Source: a virus (Duplodnaviria; Caudoviricetes). Taken from it: a DNA stretch of 54,924 nucleotides. The DNA lies in IMG/VR virus record IMGVR_UViG_3300042402_003477, positions 1 through 54,924 of that record, one strand, 5' to 3'. The notes beneath the pieces were generated by a model. That model did not search any database. It had not been told where the DNA came from and saw nothing but the letters and a program-made list of their open reading frames with translations. Positions within the stretch are counted from its first letter, which is position 1. Every line of letters starts with the position of its first letter. This document shows, one piece after another, positions 1-7,982 of the stretch. The position numbers and the translations under genes are program-made.

Positions 1-10
1 ACTTAATTTT

Positions 11-259
11 ATGAATTTTACAGTTTATTCAAAATACGGTTGTCCTTATTGTGTTAAGGTACTTCAAGTTCTCAATACCTTGAGTGTAAATAAAGGTTAT
101 CAGATCACAGAGTATGTTTTAAATACTCACTTCAGTCGTGAAGATTTTTATGCAGAGTTTGGAGAGGGATCTACTTTCCCTCAAGTAGTTTTGGCAGATA
201 AGCATCTTGGAGGTTGTTCTGATACTGTTAAATACTTAAAGGAAAATAATATGCTTTGA
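11..259 (+). CDS. nrdC: glutaredoxin
   Basis: CPYC active site, TFPQV and GG motifs, 82 aa. Confidence 0.9.
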   Translation: MNFTVYSKYGCPYCVKVLQVLNTLSVNKGYQITEYVLNTHFSREDFYAEFGEGSTFPQVVLADKHLGGCSDTVKYLKENNML

Positions 260-438
260 TGACTTCTATAAATAAAGGTGATTCCTCGCAAATCAATCGA
301 GGTGTTGAATTAATATTAAGGAGAGAAAACCGTAAATCTAAAACATTTCAATATTGTTTTGAGAAGGTGGTCTCATTCTTTAATAGAGAAGTTACCATCT
401 ACTTTAATTTTTCCTTTGATATAAGGAAGCAAAAGTAG
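256..438 (+). CDS. hypothetical protein
   Basis: 60-aa ORF overlapping the stop of the upstream gene; resembles small conserved cyanophage ORFs. Confidence 0.55.
   Translation: MMTSINKGDSSQINRGVELILRRENRKSKTFQYCFEKVVSFFNREVTIYFNFSFDIRKQK
267..274 (+). promoter_or_regulatory. T4-type late promoter
   Basis: exact TATAAATA. Confidence 0.55.
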
Positions 439-453
439 TATAGGAGAATTACA

Positions 454-669
454 ATGTTAGCAATCACCTTGGTCTTTTCAGTTCTTTTTGTTATACTAGC
501 ACTCTCTATTGGAGTGATAGGTGGATGGGTATTTAGAGAGTATGTTTGGTCTAGAAGACCTGAAAATCTGCATCCAGAATTATTTGATGCAGATGGAAAT
601 GTTTATCCCGATGAAATCATTGCTTTTAGATTTGAGCAAGTCGATCCAGAGGAAGATTACGAAGATTAA
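454..669 (+). CDS. small membrane protein
   Basis: N-terminal hydrophobic helix, HPELFD motif, acidic tail; SD AGGAG upstream. Confidence 0.7.
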   Translation: MLAITLVFSVLFVILALSIGVIGGWVFREYVWSRRPENLHPELFDADGNVYPDEIIAFRFEQVDPEEDYED

Positions 670-686
670 TTAATGGAGATTTAAGA

Positions 687-1130
687 ATGAAGTTACCACC
701 AAATCAATTGGTGTCTGAAGTTATTCAAAGAGCATCAAACGCAAAAACTAGAGAAGAGAAAATCGAAATTCTTCGTCATTATGATAGTCCAGCATTGAGG
801 GCAGTTTTAATTTGGAACTTCGACCCAAGAATTGAATCAGCAATTCCTGCTGGAGAAGTTCCATATACTGCAAACGATGCTCCTGCTGGAACAGAACACA
901 CTAGATTGATTCATGAATGGCAGAAATTTAATCATTTTGTGAAAGGAGTTAATAACCTCAATCAAACAAAACGAGAAGTTCTTTTTATTCAGTTGTGTGA
1001 ATCTCTTCATAGTTCTGAAGCAGAACTTCTTTGTTTAACTAAAGATAAGCAAGTTCATAAAAGATATAAAATTACTAAAGCAGTAGTTCAAGATGCTTTC
1101 CCCGAGATTGTTTGGGGGGATGAAGATTGA
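687..1130 (+). CDS. conserved T4-like phage hypothetical protein
   Basis: 147-aa ORF with SD GGAG; LIWNFD...PAGEVPY...RETLFIQ-like motifs typical of T4-like phages. Confidence 0.75.
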   Translation: MKLPPNQLVSEVIQRASNAKTREEKIEILRHYDSPALRAVLIWNFDPRIESAIPAGEVPYTANDAPAGTEHTRLIHEWQKFNHFVKGVNNLNQTKREVLFIQLCESLHSSEAELLCLTKDKQVHKRYKITKAVVQDAFPEIVWGDED

Positions 1131-1378
1131 AAATAATTCATAAGAATTGTGATCCAGTCACTGCAAAGGATAAGAGTCTTCCCCTAGATTCTTATCTTGT
1201 TACATATTTGAATGAGGATAACGTTTCTTATGATGTCGTAAAAGCATCATCTAAAGTGTCTATCTTCGATCACTACTATGATAATTATGGGAAAGGATCC
1301 CCTATTGATATTAAATGGACTGATGGAACAGTAAATCCAAAACTATGGGGGTCTCAAAAAACTAAAAAGAAGGGATGA
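1127..1378 (+). CDS. hypothetical protein
   Basis: 83-aa ORF coupled to both neighbours. Confidence 0.65.
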   Translation: MKIIHKNCDPVTAKDKSLPLDSYLVTYLNEDNVSYDVVKASSKVSIFDHYYDNYGKGSPIDIKWTDGTVNPKLWGSQKTKKKG

Positions 1379-1704
1379 TGGGAAAGCACTATTTACTTAA
1401 CTTATATGGATGTTCCTTTGTCCTTCTTGATGATGAAAAATGCCTTATAGATTTATTGGAGAATGCAGCAGTTGCTAGTGGTGCCACTGTGGTTCAAACC
1501 ATCTCTAAAAAGTTTGAACCACAAGGTGTTACTGTAATTTGTCTTCTATCAGAAAGTCATATCAGCATTCATACTTGGCCTGAAGAGGGTAAGGCTGCAG
1601 TAGATGTCTATACCTGTGGTGATTGTAATCCCAAGATCGGTTGTGATATCATCATTCAACAACTTTATGCCAAGGATCATACTTTGAGTTATATTGAAAG
1701 ATAA
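1375..1704 (+). CDS. speD: S-adenosylmethionine decarboxylase proenzyme
   Basis: GKH..., FEPQGVT...LLSESHISIHTWPE, AAVDVYTCG; ES self-cleavage site. Confidence 0.95.
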   Translation: MMGKHYLLNLYGCSFVLLDDEKCLIDLLENAAVASGATVVQTISKKFEPQGVTVICLLSESHISIHTWPEEGKAAVDVYTCGDCNPKIGCDIIIQQLYAKDHTLSYIER

Positions 1705-1733
1705 AATAAATACACTATATCTGGAGATTATAT

Positions 1734-2051
1734 ATGCTCTCTACTGCTTATAGATTGCGTCTTGAAGAGATTTGCGATAGGATAGTGAGACAAGAAGAAG
1801 TAAGTCTAGAAGATATTATCTGGGCAGAAAAACTTGCCAAGACAAATAGATCTGCAGCAACAATCTTAAGGCAAGCAAGAAGACGTGCTTCTAATCCAGA
1901 TATGCAAGAGGGAAGTATGGATGATTTTTTAAATCAACTTGATTTAGGAGATCCAGATCCCTCAAATCATAAGAATAGATTTGGTGGAGTTGATGACATT
2001 ATTGATTTCTTTTCTGGGGATAAACCAGATGACTGGAGACAAAGAGATTAA
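1734..2051 (+). CDS. conserved cyanophage hypothetical protein
   Basis: 105 aa, MLSTAYRLRLE start, SD GGAG, TAAATA late-promoter core upstream. Confidence 0.75.
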   Translation: MLSTAYRLRLEEICDRIVRQEEVSLEDIIWAEKLAKTNRSAATILRQARRRASNPDMQEGSMDDFLNQLDLGDPDPSNHKNRFGGVDDIIDFFSGDKPDDWRQRD

Positions 2052-2054
2052 AAC

Positions 2055-2070
2055 TGTATCCGATTTTACA
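2055..2070. promoter_or_regulatory. putative NtcA binding site
   Basis: TGTA-TCCGATTT-TACA matches GTA-N8-TAC with the flanking T/A; lies just upstream of a glutamine riboswitch. Confidence 0.65.
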
Positions 2071-2093
2071 AAAGTATTCTTATAGATATAACA

Positions 2094-2147
2094 CGTTCAT
2101 TTGCTATTCGCAAATAGCAAACGGAAGTAGGGAAACCGAAGGAACGC
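2094..2147 (+). ncRNA. glutamine riboswitch (glnA-motif class)
   Basis: P1 CGTTC/GAACG; perfect 9-bp P2 TTTGCTATT-CGCA-AATAGCAAA; junction CGGAAGTA; P3 GG-GAAA-CC with E-loop-type AGTA/GAA; ends GAAGGAACGC. Confidence 0.88.
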
Positions 2148-2175
2148 ACTTTTACAATAGTAAAGGAGCACCCTA

Positions 2176-2334
2176 ATGTCTAAAGCAACTTATAGAGGAT
2201 GTCAGTATAATACTGATGTCCCAAAGGAAGAATATCGTAAGTGGTATTCACAAACACATTCACCAGCACATCCACAAAATACATATCGTGGAGTTTCTTA
2301 CCGTCCCTGTAATAATCAGGAGGTTGCAAAGTGA
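2176..2334 (+). CDS. DUF4278-like YRG-repeat micro-protein (52 aa; absent from the ORF track)
   Basis: SD AAGGAG; MSKATYRGCQY...NTYRGVSYRPCNNQEVAK has two TYRGxxY motifs; directly follows the riboswitch. Confidence 0.85.
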   Translation: MSKATYRGCQYNTDVPKEEYRKWYSQTHSPAHPQNTYRGVSYRPCNNQEVAK

Positions 2335-2432
2335 ATACTTATTTTGTTAGATATCTTAAGAATAAGGATAGAAAGGAAAAACTTCTTAAGATCGCACAAA
2401 TTAATATGGCAAAGCAACCTCAAGTTGCTTGA
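2331..2432 (+). CDS. 33-aa basic peptide (absent from the ORF track)
   Basis: GTG start overlaps the upstream stop (GTGA); SD GGAGG at 2319-2323; MNTYFVRYLKNKDRKEKLLKIAQINMAKQPQVA. Confidence 0.65.
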   Translation: MNTYFVRYLKNKDRKEKLLKIAQINMAKQPQVA

Positions 2433-2438
2433 TAATTC

Positions 2439-2468
2439 AGAGGGGGACTTGACTTCCCCTCTTTTTTT
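2439..2468 (+). terminator. intrinsic terminator
   Basis: AGAGGGGGA-CTTGAC-TTCCCCTCT stem followed by a T run. Confidence 0.85.
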
Positions 2469-2477
2469 GTGTAAAAT
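2449..2477 (+). promoter_or_regulatory. sigma70-type promoter overlapping the terminator
   Basis: TTGACT-N17-TAAAAT. Confidence 0.7.
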
Positions 2478-2498
2478 TCGGGAAACACTATTCAACAT

Positions 2499-2663
2499 AT
2501 GGATGTAGAAAAAATCAAACTCATCGTCAACAATATGGAATGTCTTGTCAGATGTTTGAAGGAAGAAATTTCAAAAGAAGAACCGACTAAAATGGAGTAT
2601 GTAAAGTTCACTACTCCATATGATAATAACGATTACGATGAAGTGTATCTAGATGAGAATTAA
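2499..2663 (+). CDS. 54-aa hypothetical protein (absent from the ORF track)
   Basis: MDVEKIKLIVNNMECLVRCLKEEI...DYDEVYLDEN; fills the gap downstream of the promoter. Confidence 0.7.
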   Translation: MDVEKIKLIVNNMECLVRCLKEEISKEEPTKMEYVKFTTPYDNNDYDEVYLDEN

Positions 2664-2814
2664 AAAGATGATGAGACTGCTTAAGGAAGCAGTGGAACAA
2701 AAACCTAATCTTTATTCAGAAGAAGAATTAAATTATATGAAATCTCAATTGGAGAACATTGAGAAACAGATTAAACTAGCAAAAAGAATGGACTATAGGG
2801 GATTTGGTAAATGA
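2653..2814 (+). CDS. 53-aa hypothetical protein (absent from the ORF track)
   Basis: MRIKKMMRLLKEA...YSEEELNYMK...RGFGK; stop overlaps the thyX ATG (ATGA). Confidence 0.7.
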   Translation: MRIKKMMRLLKEAVEQKPNLYSEEELNYMKSQLENIEKQIKLAKRMDYRGFGK

Positions 2815-3470
2815 TTAAACTAATTTCAATCACTCAAGGTGCTGGAGAACTTATCAATGCAAATGCACAAGAAGTAATTTCATATATTGCCAGAGTTAGT
2901 AATCCAAGCAATCAATTAAATTTTGATACTTCTGCTGGTCTTCTTAAGTATTGCATCAAGCATGAGCACTGGAGTATCTTTGAACATGCTTTTATGACAC
3001 TTGAGATTAATACTACCAGAGGTATTGCAGCTCAAGTGCTTCGTCACAGATCATTCACCTTCCAGGAATTTTCACAGAGGTATGCTGATACCAACCTTCT
3101 ATCAGATGTAGCAAAAGTTCCTGAACTTCGTAGACAGGATACCAAAAATCGTCAGAATTCTACTGATGATCTAGATGGTTATCTGAAACTCACACTTCAA
3201 AGTGAAATTCAAGAATACTTTATTAAAGGTCAGGCAATTTACAACAGACTTCTTTCTCAAGGAGTAGCAAAAGAATGTGCTAGATTTATTCTTCCCCTTG
3301 CAACTCCAACCAGGATTTATATGACTGGTTCTTGTAGGTCTTGGATACATTATATCAATCTTCGTTCTGCCCATGGAACCCAGAAAGAACATATGGAGAT
3401 TGCTGAAGGGTGTAGAGAAATCTTCAATCAACAATTCCCAGATGCTGCAAAGGCTCTTGAGTGGGTCTAA
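2811..3470 (+). CDS. thyX: FAD-dependent thymidylate synthase
   Basis: HWSIFEH and RHRSFTFQEFSQRY ThyX motif; ECARFILP. Confidence 0.95.
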   Translation: MIKLISITQGAGELINANAQEVISYIARVSNPSNQLNFDTSAGLLKYCIKHEHWSIFEHAFMTLEINTTRGIAAQVLRHRSFTFQEFSQRYADTNLLSDVAKVPELRRQDTKNRQNSTDDLDGYLKLTLQSEIQEYFIKGQAIYNRLLSQGVAKECARFILPLATPTRIYMTGSCRSWIHYINLRSAHGTQKEHMEIAEGCREIFNQQFPDAAKALEWV

Positions 3471-3495
3471 ATAAAATATATTGATTTCATAACTT

Positions 3496-3738
3496 ATGGC
3501 AATTTATCCTGTTATTCATGTAGAAACTGGAGAAAAGAAAGAAGTTGAGATGAGTGTTCATGAGATCACTCAATGGTACAAAGACAATCCCGAATGGAAA
3601 AGAGATTGGTCTGAAGGTTGTGCAAGTCCTGGAGAGACTGGTGATTGGAGAAACAAACTAATCAGCAGAAATCCAGGATGGAATGATGTTTTGGATCGTG
3701 CAAGTAAAGCTCCAGGTTCCCGTGTAAAGAAACTCTAA
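3496..3738 (+). CDS. conserved hypothetical protein upstream of phoH
   Basis: 80 aa; ends PGWNDVL...APGSRV, usual position in T4-like cyanophages. Confidence 0.75.
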   Translation: MAIYPVIHVETGEKKEVEMSVHEITQWYKDNPEWKRDWSEGCASPGETGDWRNKLISRNPGWNDVLDRASKAPGSRVKKL

Positions 3739-4496
3739 TGGCAAGAAAAAGAAGAAACAATGATTTGCAGCCAATTGGAATTGGCATGACCGCAAAGCAA
3801 ATGAAGAGAAGGAAACCAATCAATACAGATTTCCTTTGTGATATTAATCCAGTAACACAAAATCAAACTAAACTTTTTGATGCCTACAATTCAGATAAAC
3901 ATTTGTTTGTGTATGGATGTGCTGGAACAGGTAAAACATTCTGTGCTCTTTACCTAGCACTCAAAGATGTTCTCAGTGAGATTACTCCATATCAAAAGAT
4001 TGTGATTGTGAGATCTCTAGTTGCCACTAGGGAGATTGGTTTCCTTCCTGGAGACCATGATGATAAATCTGCACTTTATCAAATTCCTTATAAGAATATG
4101 GTAAAGTATATGTTTGAGATGCCAGATGATGCTTCATTTGAAATGCTCTATGGTAATCTGAAGCAGCAAGAAACAATTACTTTCTGGAGTACATCTTTTA
4201 TCAGAGGTACAACTTTAGACAATTCAATTATCATTGTTGATGAAGCACAAAACTTGAACTTCCATGAACTTGATAGTATAATTACTAGGGTTGGTGATAA
4301 CTCCAGAATTGTTTTCTGTGGTGATGCAACTCAAACTGATCTTACCAAGACTAATGAAAGGAATGGTATTCTAGACTTTATGAAAATCATCCAAAGAATG
4401 CCTGAATTTGAATCAATTGAATTCGGTGTTGATGATATTGTAAGATCTGGTCTGGTCAAGTCTTATATTGTAAATAAAATGGCAGCAGGGTTCTAA
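3738..4496 (+). CDS. phoH: PhoH-like ATPase
   Basis: GCAGTGKT P-loop, IGFLPG, RGTTLDN, DEAQN, GDxxQxD, DIVRSGLV. Confidence 0.95.
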   Translation: MARKRRNNDLQPIGIGMTAKQMKRRKPINTDFLCDINPVTQNQTKLFDAYNSDKHLFVYGCAGTGKTFCALYLALKDVLSEITPYQKIVIVRSLVATREIGFLPGDHDDKSALYQIPYKNMVKYMFEMPDDASFEMLYGNLKQQETITFWSTSFIRGTTLDNSIIIVDEAQNLNFHELDSIITRVGDNSRIVFCGDATQTDLTKTNERNGILDFMKIIQRMPEFESIEFGVDDIVRSGLVKSYIVNKMAAGF

Positions 4497-5173
4497 TGTT
4501 TAATCATTGTAATGTAAGTCTCCCTCAACTTGAGAGGGAGACTATTGATGGGGTTAGATATTATAAAATCCTAGATGAAGATGGAGTTCATAAGTTTGCA
4601 TCCATTACTTCAGTCACAAGTTATCACAATCGACACATCTTTGAAGACTGGAGAAAACGAGTCGGAGAAGAAGAGGCAAATCGAGTCAATAAAGCAGCAA
4701 CAAGTAGAGGAACTGATCTTCATACATTAGTTGAAAATCACCTCCTGAATAAAGATCTTCCAGAGGTTCAATTAATCTCGAAACATTTATTTAAGATTAT
4801 CAAACCCGAGTTAGATAAGATAAATAATATCTATGCTCTTGAAAGTTCTTTGTATAGTAAGGTTCTAGGAATTGCTGGAACTGTAGATTGTATTGCTGAG
4901 TATAATGGAGAACTTTCAGTAATTGACTTCAAGACTTCTAAAAAGGAAAAACCTAGGGAGTGGATCGAGCACTACTTCGTTCAGGCAGCAGCATATGCTT
5001 GTATGTTTTATGAACTCACTGGAATCGCAGTTAAGAAACTTGTGGTTCTAATGACTTGTGAAGATGGTGAATGCGTTGTTTATGAAGAATATGATAAAGC
5101 AAAATACATTAAACTATTGTCAAACTACATTAAGGATTTTATAACCTCTAAACTACAGGAATATGGAAAGTAA
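4496..5173 (+). CDS. PD-(D/E)XK exonuclease
   Basis: SITSV, RGTxLH, AGTVDCIAEY...IDFKTS, QAAAYA motifs. Confidence 0.85.
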   Translation: MFNHCNVSLPQLERETIDGVRYYKILDEDGVHKFASITSVTSYHNRHIFEDWRKRVGEEEANRVNKAATSRGTDLHTLVENHLLNKDLPEVQLISKHLFKIIKPELDKINNIYALESSLYSKVLGIAGTVDCIAEYNGELSVIDFKTSKKEKPREWIEHYFVQAAAYACMFYELTGIAVKKLVVLMTCEDGECVVYEEYDKAKYIKLLSNYIKDFITSKLQEYGK

Positions 5174-5420
5174 ATTAGAATCAGCATTGCAATCAAAATT
5201 TTTATGCCAAGCAAAGTTCTCAAAAATTATTGAGGAGATTGTAAAGATAAATGATGATATGAACTATATTGATGCTATAGTTCATTATTGTGAAATTAAC
5301 AATTTAGAAATTGAATCAGTATCTAAATTGATTAGCAAACCTTTGAAAGAAAAATTGAAGTGTGATGCTATTAATTTGAACTTTCTTAAGAGAACTTCCA
5401 GAGCAAAACTTTTGATATGA
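5163..5420 (+). CDS. gp33: late transcription coactivator gp33
   Basis: YIDAIVHYCE...SKLISKPLKEKL...LNFL; synteny with gp59 and gp32. Confidence 0.9.
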   Translation: MESKLESALQSKFLCQAKFSKIIEEIVKINDDMNYIDAIVHYCEINNLEIESVSKLISKPLKEKLKCDAINLNFLKRTSRAKLLI

Positions 5421-6010
5421 CCCCATTTGATGTTTATAGGACTTACCTATCTTTGAAGAATCATTTCAGCAAACCAAATTATGATTATATTAAATATGCA
5501 GGTAAAACTAGAGCATCATTAGAAGCATTTAATAAGAGAAAGGATAAGTACTGGTATGAAAAACTTTCTCGTCAAAAAAATGACGAGGAAGTTAAAAATT
5601 TTTTTATAGCAAATTTCGTTCAGGTGGATGATCCAGGAAGACTATGGATTGGAGAATTAAGTCGGAATGGTGAAACCACTTATATTGAATGGAGTAAAAG
5701 ACAGCAAAGTTTAAAGTATATTTTTAAAGAGCAATCAGACGAAATGTTGTCTGAAAATGACTTGAATAAACTTTTAGATATCTCAAAGCAACATCCTCCT
5801 ATCTTAAAGAAGTATTTGAGTAGTCAGATATCTATAGAGACTTTAGTGATATTTGATAAGATTTTTGAATACTCTAAAAAGTTTGATAAAGTTCTATTGG
5901 ATCCAGTGTGGGAAACCGTCTCGTTAAAAATTAAAAAGTATTCCCCATTTCTAAATATTGATATAAAGGAATATAAAACTATACTCCGAGTTTTAATTGA
6001 GGAAAGTTAG
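5417..6010 (+). CDS. gp59: helicase loader gp59
   Basis: YLSLKNHF...YDYIKY.GK...FNKRKDKY. Confidence 0.9.
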   Translation: MTPFDVYRTYLSLKNHFSKPNYDYIKYAGKTRASLEAFNKRKDKYWYEKLSRQKNDEEVKNFFIANFVQVDDPGRLWIGELSRNGETTYIEWSKRQQSLKYIFKEQSDEMLSENDLNKLLDISKQHPPILKKYLSSQISIETLVIFDKIFEYSKKFDKVLLDPVWETVSLKIKKYSPFLNIDIKEYKTILRVLIEES

Positions 6011-6337
6011 ATGTCATTTTTTGATTCCGAAATAGTACAAAAGGAAATTGAGGATATTTCTGATTTGCAGAAGACCTTAACCAGAGATATCTTTAAGTTT
6101 CCCTCTATGACAAAGGAGGAAAAGCAAGAACACATGGAAGTTCTTGAACAGTTATTAGAAAAGCAACAATTGCTATATACTAGGTTAAGTCTATCTGATG
6201 ACCCAAAAGCAATTGAAATGAAGAAGCAAGTAGTTGAATCTTCTAGACTTTTGGGGTTTGGTAATGCTGATATTAATACAATTTTCAACTCAATGAAAAT
6301 GACAATTAAGAACATTAAGGCTGGTATTGACAGATAG
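6011..6337 (+). CDS. DUF1825-like cyanobacterial/cyanophage protein
   Basis: MSFFDSEIVQ...RLSLSDDP motifs. Confidence 0.75.
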   Translation: MSFFDSEIVQKEIEDISDLQKTLTRDIFKFPSMTKEEKQEHMEVLEQLLEKQQLLYTRLSLSDDPKAIEMKKQVVESSRLLGFGNADINTIFNSMKMTIKNIKAGIDR

Positions 6338-6355
6338 ACCAGCACCTGCTAGGAT
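6327..6355 (+). promoter_or_regulatory. sigma70-type promoter for gp32
   Basis: TTGACA-N17-TAGGAT with extended TG. Confidence 0.75.
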
Positions 6356-6410
6356 GACCTAGTGGGTATCCATTCAATCCTACAAATCCAATTAATCCGA
6401 GGTAATCCGA

Positions 6411-7316
6411 ATGTCCTTTTCAGATCTTAAGAAAAAATCTTCTCTTGGTTCTCTGACTTCTAAACTGATTAGTGAAGTTGAGAAGATGAATACTTCAGGT
6501 GGTTCTGATGAACGAATCTGGAAACCAGAAGTCGATAAAGCAGGCAATGGTTTCGCAGTCATCCGTTTCCTTCCTGCTCCAGAGGGTGAAGAACTTCCCT
6601 GGGCAAAAGTCTACAGTCACGCATTTCAAGGAACTGGTGGATGGTTCATTGATAACTGCCTGACTACTGTAAATCAATCCTGTCCTGTTTGCGAATCCAA
6701 TCGTGATCTTTGGAACACTGGAAGCAAAGCAAATCAGGAGATTGTACGTCAACGTAAACGCAAACTCTCCTATTACTCCAACATCTATGTTGTAAGTGAT
6801 AAGGCACATCCCGAAAACGAAGGTAAGGTGTTCCTCTTCAAGTTTGGTAAGAAGATCTTTGATAAGATTTCTGCAGCAATGCAACCAGAGTTTGATGATG
6901 AAACTCCAATTGATCCTTTTGATTTCTGGCAAGGTGCTAACTTCAAAGTGAAGATCACTAAGAAGGATGGGTATTGGAACTATGACAAGTCCGAGTTTGA
7001 TTCCCCTGGAACTCTTGGTAATTTTGATGATGATGTTCTTGAAAGTATCTGGAAGAAAGCATACTCTCTTGAGGACTTCACTAAAGCAGATTCCTTCAAG
7101 TCCTACGAACAACTTGATGCTCGTCTCAAGTCTGTCCTAGGTCAGAAGACTGCTCCTAAGAAAGATGAATCTTTCGATGATGAGGACAATGATCGTGGTC
7201 CAGAACTGACTGAAGATCTTCGTTCCGAACTTAATTCACTCTCTCGTTCTTCTTCAAGTGTTGATGAAGATGAAGATGATGCTCTAAGTTACTTCCAAAA
7301 ACTTGCCGAGGAATGA
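6411..7316 (+). CDS. gp32: single-stranded DNA-binding protein gp32
   Basis: GNGFAVIRFLPAP, Zn ligands H/C/CPVC, acidic C-terminus ending SYFQKLAEE. Confidence 0.95.
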   Translation: MSFSDLKKKSSLGSLTSKLISEVEKMNTSGGSDERIWKPEVDKAGNGFAVIRFLPAPEGEELPWAKVYSHAFQGTGGWFIDNCLTTVNQSCPVCESNRDLWNTGSKANQEIVRQRKRKLSYYSNIYVVSDKAHPENEGKVFLFKFGKKIFDKISAAMQPEFDDETPIDPFDFWQGANFKVKITKKDGYWNYDKSEFDSPGTLGNFDDDVLESIWKKAYSLEDFTKADSFKSYEQLDARLKSVLGQKTAPKKDESFDDEDNDRGPELTEDLRSELNSLSRSSSSVDEDEDDALSYFQKLAEE

Positions 7317-7979
7317 TTATCTGAGGGAGATGATTCTTAAATCATCTCCTTTTTTTGTAAGGTCATCTACGTATTGAGATGAGAAACCATATGACATAAT
7401 CTGTCTCATATCATCAATTGCTGTTTGTAAATATCTTGTTCTCAATATGTAAATGTTTCTCTTTTCATCATTCAATTTTGTTTCATATTCATAATTTGAA
7501 ACTGATTTAATAGGAGAGATTGTTTTTGTTACTTCTTCTATTGGATCATAATAATTCATAGAAAAGTTTTGATCTACCATTTTTCCACTGGGGAGAATTA
7601 GTTTTCCATTTCCATCATAGTATGTAATCGTTTCATAATGATGGATCTCTGATAATTCTTCTTCAGTATATTTTCTAGTTAAGTAATTTTGCATCTCATA
7701 GTCAGACATCGGCCATTCTGTTCTGACATTGATAACATTGTTTGAAATCAATACAACCCAATCATAGATTGGACTTCCATAGATCTTCTCTGCAACTTGC
7801 TCTGGACGTTCTTCACCTTGGATTGTATACTTTGAAAAGACAGTTATATTTTGAAAAAAGTCATCACGAATCTTTGCTCTACGAAATAGATTCTTAACCC
7901 TCACATAATCATATGCAGAGTTTCTTTCTGGTAATTGAGACTGGTAAAGTAAGTCTGATACTTCTCTGAAATAAGTCAT
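7317..7979 (-). CDS. gp53: baseplate wedge subunit gp53
   Basis: ERPEQVAEKIYG...DWVVLISNN...EWP; IHHYET. Confidence 0.9.
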   Translation of the reverse strand: MTYFREVSDLLYQSQLPERNSAYDYVRVKNLFRRAKIRDDFFQNITVFSKYTIQGEERPEQVAEKIYGSPIYDWVVLISNNVINVRTEWPMSDYEMQNYLTRKYTEEELSEIHHYETITYYDGNGKLILPSGKMVDQNFSMNYYDPIEEVTKTISPIKSVSNYEYETKLNDEKRNIYILRTRYLQTAIDDMRQIMSYGFSSQYVDDLTKKGDDLRIISLR

Positions 7980-7982
7980 TTA

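Noticed and set aside
2316-2498. 60-aa minus-strand ORF from the track
   Set aside because: It runs antisense across a plus-strand ORF with a good SD, a terminator and a promoter.
4496-5173. Cas4 / CRISPR association of the exonuclease
   Set aside because: It is the standard PD-(D/E)XK exonuclease in the core phoH-gp33 synteny, with no CRISPR context.
6495-7112. 205-aa minus-strand ORF
   Set aside because: It is antisense to the well-conserved gp32 and is a codon-bias shadow.
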